A stretch of 63,937 bases of DNA, filler included, from Reclinomonas americana ATCC 50394 (Eukaryota): the NCBI GenBank assembly GCA_048213135.1. It is 15 parts of 15 records of this genome, joined end to end, with 100 filler letters (N's around TTAATTAATTAA, not from the genome) between each part and the next. Parts side by side here need not be neighbours in the genome. Positions count along the whole stretch, not along the records: positions 1 to 1,767 come from AFZH01019224.1; positions 1,868 to 6,969 come from AFZH01019225.1; positions 7,070 to 9,776 come from AFZH01019226.1; positions 9,877 to 11,472 come from AFZH01019227.1; positions 11,573 to 16,128 come from AFZH01019228.1; 10 more parts are not named here. One strand, 5' to 3'. The position numbers and the translations under genes were made by a program. The number at the start of each line of letters is the position of its first letter. Position 1 is the stretch's first letter. This document shows, one piece after another, positions 1 to 12,000 of the stretch. The notes below the pieces were generated by a model. The model had not been told where the DNA came from and ran no database searches. It saw only the letters and a list, made by a program, of their open reading frames with translations.

Positions 1-1375
1 TCGTTGTGCGAGGCCGCCAAGTCGTGTCGCCGATGATGCTGCGGTGTGGGAGTGAGAAACATGCAAGCGATACAGAAGGAAACACACACTTGCACAGGTA
101 CGTACAGGTGCAAGCCTGAGAACACACAAGAACGCACGGATGAACGCGCAAGTCCAATTACGAAACAGAATTCACAAGCACATTAGCTGACGAAGACCAT
201 ACACACACACGCACACTTCCTGACACACACATGTATGCACAAGAACAAGCATCTCTACCAATAACTCCTTCCATCCCCATTCTCCCTTCCCTTCTCCCCT
301 TTCCCCTTCTTCCTCGCTCACCTCCTTGAGCTCATTCACAGCATCCTCAATGCGCACCAACTCTAGCACAAAGGCGCTACAAGTTCGCAGTGAGCATAGA
401 GTTCCTGGCGTGTATCGCGGCATACACACACGCACCCGCTAAACCGGAATCTCAGTATCGTCGTCACTTCGTCACGGTTCTGCTGCGCCAGCGCCAGCAC
501 CTCGTCTCGGCGATGCATCTCCTCAAACTCAATGTCCAGCGGGCGATCCACGTACCGCGGGTCCGCCACTGTGCGACATGTCAGTGTTGGCCGCTGAAAG
601 AAATGATCAAAAACGAAAAAACACACCAGTCTTCCGGGACACGGCATTAAATAGGAAATCGGGCAGCCACGTCAAGTACTGCGCATCGAGCAGCGCCAAT
701 CGCACGCGATGCTCATCGCATTGGGAGATTTCCTGCTGTCCAGCCGCCACATCGACCTGCACACCAATAGCAATAAGACTGGGGAAAGGGGGGACAGATC
801 GAGTGCGACGTGCTCACCGTGCTCGGCTGTAGCGAACCCACATGGTTGAACGACATGATGGGCCCGACACGGGTGAGCTCCTGTCCGTAGAAGCGACACA
901 CGGTGGGCTTGGAGCCGGGAGCACTGTCGCCCAATGCCGTGCCGCTGCCGCTCGTGCGATTGGCACCGACAAAGTGCGTCACAGAGGCGAGGCGTGTGGA
1001 GATGCGCTTGCACAAATGTCCCACCTCGAAGTGCGTGTTGATGACGTCGTACCAGAGCGTCTCGGGGAACACTGCGCACGCAAAAGAAAGAGTGTCAGTC
1101 GCTGGGCTCCCATAAATGCTGTTTTTCTGTCTTTCTTTCTCTCTCTTTCTCTCCCACACTCTGAACTCTTCCATCTCAATTTGTTTTTCGTTCTGTCCTC
1201 TGCCTCTCCTTCCCCCCTCACTCTCTCCCTGTCACACACACATGCACACATTGTGAATGCTTTCCACCCTAATTTCTCTTCTCTACACGCGATGCGAGAA
1301 ACTCATTCACCTCTTCCTTTCTCTTTGCCTGCTTCTCTCGTCACACACTCGCTGCGAGTATGTCGCTCTCTTCCT

Positions 1376-1408
<33 letters not shown>

Positions 1409-1708
1409 GACTCTCGTTTATCTCTCTCCCTTGCTCTACCTACTTCTCCGTTACATCTATACCTCCTCTCTCTCTCACTCTCACACACACAAAAGGCGAA
1501 CGTCCTCCTCTCTCACTTCCTTCTCCGTCATTTCTCTCCCTTCTCTCTGCCTACTTCTCCACAATCTCTTTCCCTTCATGCGCCCTTTCCCCACCGCCCC
1601 CTGCTCCTTTATACCTTCCCGATCATTGCCAATCAGCGTCAGCAAATGCGCAGCATCAACATCGCCCTTCAGCGCGGCCGTGTCGGCCAAGAAGCCATCA
1701 ATGTCCAT
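1..1708 (-). CDS. Multi-exon coding region, probably the downstream continuation of the EPG5-like gene (partial)
   Basis: GT-AG-bounded minus-strand exons with protein-like composition (MDIDGFLADTAALKGDVDAAHLLTLIGNDRE; VFPETLWYDVINTHFEVGHLCKRISTRL...; ...DRPLDIEFEEMHRRDEVLALAQQNRDEV; ELVRIEDAVNELKE). Same strand as the gene at 1868-6969, in which I found no stop before the spacer. Confidence 0.55.
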
Positions 1709-1767
1709 CTACAAGCAACCGTGAGTCGAAAAAATTACACGCACATACGACGGCCCCCTTGACCACA

Positions 1768-1867
1768 NNNNNNNNNNNNNNNNNNNNNNNNNNNNNNNNN
1801 NNNNNNNNNNNTTAATTAATTAANNNNNNNNNNNNNNNNNNNNNNNNNNNNNNNNNNNNNNNNNNNN
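1768..1867. other. Artificial gap spacer N44-TTAATTAATTAA-N44 (first of 14)
   Basis: Identical 100-nt spacer, with stops in all six frames, also at 6970-7069, 9777-9876, 11473-11572, 16129-16228, 23583-23682, 25557-25656, 29186-29285, 34365-34464, 48178-48277, 52141-52240, 55114-55213, 59692-59791 and 61914-62013. Confidence 0.98.
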
Positions 1868-1887
1868 TCTTCTTCTCTCTCTCTCCA

Positions 1888-1957
<70 letters not shown>

Positions 1958-4900
1958 CACTACAACAACACTCTGCTGATTGATGCACTCCGTCCGGCTC
2001 GCACGAGACGTCGTATCTGCTATCCACATCTCGCTCCTTGGCGATGACACTCATTTTCTCTCGTTTGCTGCTGCTGTCGCTCTCTCTCCTCCCATCTCTC
2101 TTTCCGCATTCACCCAATTCAACTTCTTCATCGTCTCTCTCCTTTCTCCCCTTATTCCCCCTTCGCACCTAGCAACACGGCAGTCTCCTCCATCGGGGTG
2201 TTGGGCGCATGAGCGTAGGCCAGACCAAACGTGGAGCGCACAGGGCCCTCTTGAATGGCAATGCTCACTGCGCACACGGATTCGCACTCAGCAGTGTGAC
2301 AAACCGTCACCGACGAGCCCACCCCACGCAACTCAAAATCGCCAGCACCAACGACGAGTAGCCGCTCAGCGGATCAATGTGGATCGAATCGAAGAGTGGC
2401 CCACGGAGAAGCAGACTGGCACTTGTGTCGCCGGCGGCGGTGGTGCGCAGTGACCGTCGATCCGAGATCATAAAGTTGCTGGAGAAAAGAAAGGAAAGAA
2501 GAGAGTGAGAAAGAGGGAGAGAGAGAGATAAGAAATGTGAGACGCTAGCAAGAACACAGATTGTGTGCGAGAGTGATCACGACGCACCGCACAAGCGCCT
2601 GTCGGTACAACAGCGGATCGACCACATAGTGGAACTTGTGAATGGTCAGTGCGGCTTCGGCGCACCCATCGAGGATCATCAGTGACGCGACGCCAAGGAT
2701 CGCGTCGTTGGTGTATGGCAGGAATGCTGCCGCAAAATTACGTGTCAGGCACTGAAGTTGACAGGATTAGCGAGCAAGCGCAAGCACCTTCCAACACCAG
2801 ATTCATCATCATATCCAGTGGGCACACGCGGCGCTCATCTGCAAGCGCAAACCATGAGTACCAGTGACAAACAAAGCCGTCTTGTCACCCGCGACGCACC
2901 AGCGAGACACCAATACTGGAAGCAGCTCTTCAGGGCGGCCAGGAACTCGCTCTGCATCTCCTCCGACGTGCGCGAGGCGCCGACAAACACTTTGAAGCGA
3001 TTCCACACGCTACCCTTGTCGGTGTATCTCTCCAGCACGCGCTGCACGCACCCATCGTCGTCAGAACATGGCAATCTCAACGATAACTGCACCAAAGCAC
3101 GCATACTCTTCTCTTCCCCGTCCTTCTATCTCCCTCTCTCGCTCTCTCTTTCGCCCTCTTTCGCCCTCTCTTTCGCCCTCTCTTTCCCTCCTGCCCTCTC
3201 TCGCACCTGCACCGCACAACGCAGCAACGACGCCGCATTGGACGGCATTGCGCGCTCCCTCGTGCACGCGACGACCGCATTGAGAATGCACACAGAGCAG
3301 GCCACAGGGTATTTCCATTGCGACACCGCATGCTCCAGCTTCTCCGCGTACTCGCCCGGAATCAAGTTGAAGTTGATGAACTCAAAAAAGGCGTCTTGGT
3401 CCTCCACACCCTGCGCTACAACAGTAAGCAACGTGAGCACCAACAGAGTCGATCAATGAGACGCACCAACATCGGGAATGCCTCAAAGCGCACGCTCGAA
3501 TAGCTGCACAGTGGAGAGAGAATGTGAGCACAGCGGCAACATTAACATAGGGTGAGATTCACAAGGACATCCACTCACGCTCCAAACGTGTTGACCGAGA
3601 GAGCGACACTGCACGCCCAGCGCAGCATGTCGGCTTGCGATGCAGCGCGCTTGCGCGACAAGTCGAGATCACGGCAGTGGAATTGGACGGCCTGTCGCGC
3701 ACCAGTGTGAGCAGAAGGCGATGACAGATGAAATGCGCAGGAACACAACACGCACCGCGCCCAACAGATGCAGCAAGCGCAGGCGCAGTGTAATGATAAC
3801 ATCCGAGTCGGCGTTGATTTCGCCGAGTGGCGGTGGCGCTGTCACGTCAATGGCGGAAATAATGGCGCGGCCGAGAGCGTGCTCCGGTGACGCCTACGAA
3901 CGGATCGCAGTCGTGAGCGATCAAGGAGAGAGTGTGCGTGTGCGTAGAAGAGTTATTGCGATGAGAACGCGCGTAATGTCACTCTCTTCTCTTTCCTCCC
4001 TCCTCACTTTCTCTCCCTCTCCCTTCTCCCTCTCCCTTACCAACTCACTGCACAGCATAATGTGCAGCTTGGACATGTCGGCCTCGGTCGGGGTCCACCG
4101 CGGCAACTTGGTGTTGTTGAAGGCGTAGGTGCCGAACGAGAGCATGGACACCGACGACGTCTTGGCAAGCAGGTCGTACACGTGCGAGCACTGTGCCGAA
4201 AAACACATGTTTGTCAAAAACACCAAGATCGCAATCAGCATGAGTTCAACCACACACACACACACACGTACCAGAGCCGGCTGCACCAAGAACATGTCCT
4301 TCAGCGTGTTGCGAACTTCGCGCGCTGCCAGGCTCTTGTTGCGCAGACATGACACTGACGTGCGGTGGTAAGTGAAAGAGAGGGACGGGTAACACAGGAC
4401 TGCCTTCAACAACAACAAACCGCCCAGGTGGAACATCTCGAGACCGATAATGTGACCCAGCTGCCGACGATGGTTGGCCACCAGGTTTGGCAGGAGAGTG
4501 AGCACAAAGATCATGTGCTCATCGAGCGCATTCATGGCGTTCTCGAATTGCTCGCGTGAGTCTGGCCCAAGCGAGTGAGTCAACGAAGGGATGACATTCA
4601 ACACAGTGCAACACACCCTCTTGCAGAATCGTCTCCCACTTGCACACATCGAGTGGCGTCTGCTCCACGGCGGCTTTCAACGCTGCACGGACGTAAGACA
4701 TTTATGCGCGCGCACACGTCGAATCAACTTGCGCTCACCGTCCAGATTGAACGCGCGTCCAGGCCCGAAATACAGGCGCGCAAACAGGCGATCGGCGCAC
4801 GAATCGCTGACGTGCGACAGCGGCAGAATCACCAGGTTGGACAGCAACGGCGGTGTCTCGAGACTCATGAATCCATCAAAGAGCTGCAACACACAAAGGT

Positions 4901-5498
4901 TACACACAAGCGCGCATTATCCAGACTCCACAGCCGCACTCACCGAATACGTCATCTCGTCAATGTGCGACTCGAACAGTGTTTGCCACTGCAGAGCGGT
5001 GAGCCTGCGCGCATTCACGTGCGACATGAGCACATGGCGCGCGAAACAGCAAAAAATGGAAATGTGCGCACGAATCGCGACGGTCGAGAGCCAACGCGCA
5101 AATGGTGCTGGTGAGGGTGGCCACGGTCTGACAGATTTGGTGCACGAGGCGACGACGCCCGGGGTGCACGGCGGCAAACGGTGCGACAGCCGGAGGAGGT
5201 GGCGGTGACGGAGTTCCCGAGGTCGGCGAGAGGTTCTCGTCGAGATCCACGGTCTCGCGACGACGGCGGCGTTCTGCCACCACAACATTATGAGAAAGAG
5301 AGTTGCAGTAAAGAACAAATATGACACATGCACCAACCTTCTTCGGCAGCAGCCTCGTCGGATTCGACGACGTAGTCCACGGAGCACAGATGGCCAATGA
5401 CGGTGAGAACGCTGCGGAAAAAGTCCTCCACGATCTTGGCACCAAAGGAGGACGACGGGTCGTGCTGATGGCAACAAAGGTCAGCCATGAGCAGGGAG

Positions 5499-5539
<41 letters not shown>

Positions 5540-6969
5540 CGTGAACGCACCTGCATGACGTCTACAACAAACGAAGCAAAACGATCGAACGGCAGCTGAT
5601 CCCACACGCGGACGAGATCCTCTTCCGATGCTGCACGAACGCAGATGAGTCACTTGTCTTCAACAAAGTGAATGCTCACTGCACACAGAAATGCACACCA
5701 GTAGTGTCGCCAGAGTCAGCAGATGAAGAACCACGCGATCCACCACGCCCACTGATGGTCGGTCGGCCGCTGGTGGCCGACAGAGGAAGGGCGCTGTACA
5801 ACAGCATGGTGGCACACTCGATGAACGAATCTGCGGTCGCCAGGTCCCACTGGCCCTCGTCCGGGAACTGCAAGTAGCACACGAGGTGCGCCATGGACAC
5901 TGCGCAGTGTAAGCACAAGCACCACCTTGCGCTTGACACAGCAGACCACTCGCAACTCTCTGGCAGGTTGACACGCCCGCAAATTAGCGCGACCAGGTAC
6001 CGCCGCAGCTGTGGCAGACTGGCCTCGGCACACAGCGTCATGAGGTATTGCACGACTTGAGTGAGCATGTCGCCGAAGACGGATCTTGCGGCCTCCACCG
6101 AGCTGACATCGACCGCCAGGCCACCGGGGTCGTCCACGCCACGATGCGCCGTAGCATCCTCTGCTACAAAGAGATGAGGACTTAAAAAAACGAGAACACA
6201 AAACTACCGAATGCAAGCAGAGACGCACCATCGCCGGACCAGCGCGACGGGGACGAAGTCGAGGAGCCAGTGGACGAGGGCGAGATGGCGTCTGGTGACA
6301 CCACTTCGTCGCGGAATCGCACGCGCTTCTTTACGCGCGTCTTCCCCTCCTCGCGCATAATGCCGGCAATCGTCGAGGACGACCGGCGTGCAGGTCGGCT
6401 CAGCGGCAGAGAACCGCCGGTGCATCGAGTGTACACATCCAGCAGCGTGTGCACGCAGTCGAGCAGTGGCGCCGGATCGTCGCCACCAATGTGCACATCA
6501 AACACAACACCGTCCACGGGACTCGTCGACACGGACCGTCGGGCGGCTCCCACTGCTGCCGGCGCAGCTGCAGATGACGACGACGAGAGGCCGCGCGAAA
6601 AGAATGAATCGCTGCCGCCAGTCGGTTGTGCCAGCCAGTCGTCCTGCGAGGGCGACGACGACAGCAACGCGTCAGAATCCGACCCAGAGGAGTGTTGCAC
6701 TCGTGAGTAGGTCGACGAGACCTCGCCGCTGCCGGAGCTGTCGGTGCGGAAGAGCACACGCGACGCCCCACTGTCGTCCTCGTCGCGAGTGCCAGTGCTG
6801 CTGCCAGCCTGCACGCACATCAGCACCACAGTGAGGGTTAGACATTTAAAAATAATGGAGAGGAGACAGTGCGCATCACTGACCCCCGACTGCGGCGGTG
6901 AGGCGGACGATGGACGAATGTGGCGCAAGTGTGCACACGGCGAGTGCAGCACGACACTGTAGATGTGCA
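1868..6969 (-). CDS. EPG5: Large multi-exon helical protein, EPG5-like autophagy tethering factor (partial)
   Basis: Spliced exons give SEEDLVRVWDQLPFDRFASFV and AAREVRNTLKDMFLVQPALCSHVYDLL...FGTYAFNNTKLPRWTPTEADMSKLHIML...HALGRAIISAID. These resemble, in the same order, the EPG5 blocks NEDDLVTILAQFPF and GRELLGTITAVHP...[25 protein letters not shown]...KLACVILEGLNW (recalled from memory). Confidence 0.55.
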
Positions 6970-7069
6970 NNNNNNNNNNNNNNNNNNNNNNNNNNNNNNN
7001 NNNNNNNNNNNNNTTAATTAATTAANNNNNNNNNNNNNNNNNNNNNNNNNNNNNNNNNNNNNNNNNNNN

Positions 7070-7923
7070 AGCCTCGCTCTCTGCGCTGCTGGCGGCCTCG
7101 CTGGTGTTCGTCTACCTGTCCTCTGCCACGTGGGGCGTGGCGCTGCTCAGCGTGCTCGCCTACTCGTTGACTCTGCGCGTGGTCGCACGTGCGCTGTCCG
7201 CTGTGCGGTTGTCGCGCACTACAAGTCAACTGGTGGAGACTGTGTGGCGTCGCATGTCGCAGCGTGTCGACTTGAAGTCGGTGCTGCTCAACAGCCGCTT
7301 GTTTGTCATTGCGTTGCGCGTGTGGATGCGCTGCTCGCCACTGGCGCTGGTGGCGATGCTGGTGGCCACTGCGTTGGTGTTGTCGTCGAGCTGGTGGTGC
7401 TCGCCGACGCTGGTGGTGTCGACACTGGCCGTGCATGCGCTCGTGGTGGCCCTGCGCGAGTCGTGGGTGCACTGTGCGCGTCTGCGTCGCCTGCTGGACA
7501 TTCTCAGTGTGGCGCCTGTGCCGGAGGATGGCGTGTCGTCGGTGGTGCAGGCCACCCCCACGCGCACGCCGACGACGTTTGTGGTGTCGGCGTCCAGCTC
7601 GCCTTCTGCTTCGCCTGTGTCGTCTGCTTCCTCGTCACCGGCACTGTCGATTAGTACCGAGGCGCGCACGCTGCTGTCGTCGCGCCTGCGCAGTGCCATT
7701 GCCGCGGGTCACCAGAAGCGCCTGGCCATGACGGAGGCGGAGGAGCTCGAGGCCACCAAGGAGGAGAAGCCTGTGAGTGAGGAGACGTGTGCCACGGATG
7801 CCGCCTCCACGACTGCGGCGGATCAAGACGAGCCGGCCCCCACGTGCACTGCAGCGACACTGCCTCTCTCGCAATCACCGTTGCTGGCGCGGGCGCTGTT
7901 GATGGCCCGCCAGCACAAGCTGC

Positions 7924-7956
<33 letters not shown>

Positions 7957-8066
7957 CAGAAGAAGTAATAGAATCAAGACCTACACTCGCCGCCGAGCCT
8001 TTGCCGGCGGCAGCACCCGCACTTCCAGTGGAGCCCGCGTCCGAGCCCATCTCGGTCGCCGCATGA
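7070..8066 (+). CDS. 3' part of a membrane protein: two hydrophobic hairpin-like regions, then a Ser/Ala/Glu-rich tail with polyQ (possibly reticulon-like)
   Basis: Uninterrupted GC-rich ORF from the spacer to TGA at 8066, followed by an AT-rich 3' region. Hydrophobic segments are LVFVYLSSATWGVALLSVLAYSLTL and LALVAMLVATALVL...LVVSTLAVHALVVAL. Confidence 0.65.
7923..7955 (+). repeat. (CAA)11 coding polyglutamine tract
   Basis: Perfect CAA run in frame with ORF 7104..8066. Confidence 0.9.
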
Positions 8067-8376
8067 CGAGGCTCCCACTGAGCAGCAGCACCACTTTATA
8101 ATGTTTTGTGTACAAAGCTGTGTTTAGAAAAATATGATGATGATAAATTGTTTACGAATGTTTACGAGCGGGGAAGGGGGAGGGGTGTGGGGTGGGGAGC
8201 AATTAATAGAAGAGCCGTCAGCAATTGGGGAGGGAGAGCGGTGAACAAGTCGCAAACTGCTGCATCTGCAACGTCAAACAGACTAGCTATAGTCGACTGT
8301 CTGCGTCGTGGCCATCCATTCTTCGGGAAAGGCCAAGGAAAGGCAAACAGAGCAAAGCCGAGGCGGTCTCAGGATC

Positions 8377-8604
8377 CGGAGCTCCGAACAAGTCTATCTG
8401 AAACGCCCAACACCGTGTGCACGTGGTCAAACAGCGGACTTGACGCACTTGCGCAGATGCTCAGCGTTCACTGCATTGCCAATCGTCGGGGAAAGGCCAA
8501 CGCGGGGCGAACGAAGCAAAGCCGGGTCCGGATCGCGAGTTCTGGTGGTCTTCTGTCCGAGCGTCGACCAAGTCGAGAACTGTGACCTGCAAAACAACAG
8601 CGTG
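8377..8604 (-). repeat. Two copies of a short dispersed element also present at 56982-57056
   Basis: The reverse complement of 8377-8452 shares GCAAGTGCGTCAA.TCC.CTGTT..ACCACG and GACTTGTTCGGAGCTCCG with 56982-57056. The reverse complement of about 8565-8604 shares CACGCT.TTG....G.AG.TC.CAGTTCTCGACTTG.TCG. Confidence 0.7.
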
Positions 8605-9024
8605 ACGGGCTTGCTTGTGAACGAATTGTAATCAATATCGATTTATCTGTACTTGTGTACGGATTCATATTCCCCCCCGCCTTCGATATCGACGAGGTCA
8701 GGTGCACGCCACGCGCATGCACAATCCACCGACGCATGAACCAACGTGCAGGCGAGTCGGATTCTCATGCCGCAAGGCGACGAAAAAAGAAATCTCCGCT
8801 CAGTTTTCCTGCATGCACAGAATACCGGAGCCGCGACGATGACCACGCGCAACACCTCTTACTCGCGTGGCCCAGCAGCGCGGATTCTCCTGCACCACCA
8901 CCGAGTGCTCCATGCAGGACAACGTAGCACCGCACGTTTAGTTGCATGCACAAACTCCGCACTTCGATCGATTACAATTATTCCTTTCCCTTGCTCTCGT
9001 CTCCGCTGACGACATTGCACACAG

Positions 9025-12000
9025 ACAACCAGTGCACACTTACACACGCGCTGCTGCTGGTGGACAGCGAGCAAGTGAGTGACAAGTTGCGCCGCGTCCC
9101 GCACATCGAATACCGGCGGACTTTGGTGGCGAAATCGGCGGGAATCAACAACAAACACACACAGAAAGAAGAAGAACGCGCTCTCGCACACATGCTCACC
9201 TCCAACTTATTCACACTGGTATGCTCTTTCTCCTCGTCCCCCTCACACACGCTGTTACACTCACTCTCTCTTTGTGTGTGTGTGTGTCAACGCAGAGTTG
9301 GAAACACTCTGTGCACTTTGAGCGCGTGCGACGAGTGGTGTTGCACACAGCTGAGCGCGCACATCGTCTTCAAACACTGTTGGATTCTCTTGTCACACGA
9401 TGCATTCCGTTCAAGCTGCAGGTTCACTCTCTCTCTCACTCTTTCTCTCTCACACTCTCTCACTCTCTCTCTCTCAGGGCGAGGAGAACGCGAATGGTCC
9501 TCTTGCTGTGGATTTGGTCGTGTTTGGTGACTCACTAATGTCGCCGGCGTCGTTGAGAGAGTTGCGATTGTGTGCATTGCATTTTTTGTCAAAAAAGAAC
9601 AAGCTCTCCTCTCTCTTTCTTCTTCTCTCTCTCTCTCACTGTCAGTCAGTCTTTCTTTCTTCTCTTGTCTCTGCATCGAGGAATCGTGTGCCACTCAAAT
9701 GCTGGTTGTCTCTTGCTTGCAGCGCGCTCATTGACACGCTTTCTCTCTCTTCTCTCTTCTCTCTCTCTCTCTCTCGNNNNNNNNNNNNNNNNNNNNNNNN
9801 NNNNNNNNNNNNNNNNNNNNTTAATTAATTAANNNNNNNNNNNNNNNNNNNNNNNNNNNNNNNNNNNNNNNNNNNNGTCACTTGCATGCAGCGCGTGCTC
9901 ATTGACACTCTTCTCTCGCTTTCTCTCTCTCCTCTCGTCTGCCGCCCCTGTCTCTCTCTTTCTTCTTGTCTCTCTCTCTCTCTCACTGTCTTTCTTTCTT
10001 TCTTCTCTTGTCTCTTGCGTTGAGGATGCTCTTGCCACTCAACATGCTGGTTGTCTCTTGCATGCAATGCACTCATTGACTTGCCTCTCCCTCTGCTCTC
10101 GCCTGCCTCATCTGTCTCTCTCTCTCTCTCTCACTCTCTCTCTCTCACACACACACACTGTCTTGCCTCTCTGTCTTTCTTTCTTTCTTCATCTTGTCCC
10201 TTGCGTTGAGGATGCTCTTGCCACTCAACATGCAGGTTGTCTCTTGCATGCAGCGCGCTCATTGACTTGCCCCTCTTCTCTCTCTCTCTCTCTCACACAC
10301 ACACACTGTTAGTCTTTCTCTCTTCCTCTTCTCTCATGCGCTGAGGATGCTCTTGCCACTCAACATGCAGCTTGTCTCTTGCATGCATCGCGCGCTCATT
10401 GACACTCTTTGTCTCTCCTTGTCTGTCCCTTTCTCTCTTCCTCTTGTCTCTTGTGGTGAGGAGACTCTTGCCACTCAAAATGCGTGCAGCGTGCCCCTTC
10501 CGCTCTTTCACTTTTTCTTCTCCTCCCTTCTCCTGCTCATACCTCCCTCTCCTGTAGAGCCCTTGTCGGCGACGTGGACGACCCTGTCATTGTCTTCGAG
10601 ACCGGCGAATGGAGTCCCGCGGCCGACGACACCGAGTCACTCACAGTGCTGTTTCTCGAGTCGCTGCTGGATCTCATTGCCAGGTTCGCCACGTCGTGCC
10701 TCCCTCTCTCTATCTCTCTCCCCGCCCTCACTTTTCTTGCGCCTCGTTTGCAGCGTGTGCAAACGTGTGTACACAACCAACCCGCAACTGGAGGGTTTCT
10801 ACAGCCGCCACGCTGTCACCGGCGCCATGCGGTTCCACTTTCGTGTGCAATTGGTGTCAGCGATGCGCACGACTGAGCAGGTTTGGCGATGCGCCGATGC
10901 GCAAGTCCTCACTTCCGACACTCAAAGCGAAACCGCTGTATCTGCAGCACGCCAATGTCGTCGGCAACGCACCAGTGTACCGCGCTCTGCTGCAGGAGCT
11001 GCAGCTGCGATTGTTGCGTGCGCACGCACGTCCACGAGGACTCGTCCTGTTTCTAAATCACCATCTACCTCCGCAGACCCGCAGCCGTGGCTGGTTTCGA
11101 TGATTCAACGACGGCGGCGACCACCCAGCAGGCTTCCGCTGCGCCTCCTCTACCGTCCTCCGGTGCTTCCGCAGCATCGTCGGCAGTCGTTGTGGCCAAG
11201 AGGAAACGCGAACGCAAGCGAGTGCGCCCACAAGATGATCGCGCAGTCGAGGGCATGCAGCAGGACGGCGAAGAGGCCGCCGTCATGGACATGATTGATG
11301 CGATCAACGGGAGTGTGAATGGAGCGGGGCTGGCGGTTATGCAATCGTGCGTGCATTCCGCACTCCCTCCACATCGACGTGCGCATCTTCTGATATATCT
11401 TTGCATTCACAGCGAATCGTCCATGTCTGTTCCGTCGCCATCGTTGCCGCCACCGCCACCGGTACGCAGCGGNNNNNNNNNNNNNNNNNNNNNNNNNNNN
11501 NNNNNNNNNNNNNNNNTTAATTAATTAANNNNNNNNNNNNNNNNNNNNNNNNNNNNNNNNNNNNNNNNNNNNGCCACCGCCGCCACCTCCGCCACCGCCA
11601 ATCCCAGGTTTTTTCAGCGATGCGTACGGTTTCGCGTCCCCGTCGCAGCCGGCGCCCTTGCCACCACCACCACCCTCTGCCATTCTCGGTTCACCCATGT
11701 TGCCGCCGCCACCACCGCCGCCTCCACCACCACCGGGTTCGTCGTCCTTCTCAGCGCTTCCACTGCCGCCGCCCCCACTTGGCGGTCCAATGCTCCAGCT
11801 ACCGCCTCCGCCGTCACTGTCACCTGCAGCAATGCACATGGCTCCAGCACCGCTTATGACGTCGCCCATTGTGGTTCGACTGCCGCCTGTCAAGCCCTCC
11901 AACGTCAGTGGTCGGCGGCAGAAGCTGTACAGGCCGTCGAAGAAGAGCAGTGCTGTTGCGTCTTCCGTCTTCTCTCATCGCAGTCGATGCGGGGAGATGC

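Noticed and set aside
1768..1867. TTAATTAATTAA palindrome recurring 14 times as a possible biological element
   Set aside because: Always centred in an identical N-padded 100-nt block, so it is an assembly spacer.
5590..5665. Apparent in-frame TGA suggesting a variant genetic code
   Set aside because: The TGA lies in an intron (acceptor gtgcag just downstream). The genes I reconstructed read through with the standard code and end in TAA or TGA.
9660..10495. CRISPR-like repeat-spacer appearance (also 41200-41395)
   Set aside because: Repeats are long and degenerate, spacers are microsatellites, the context is a eukaryotic intron and there are no cas genes.
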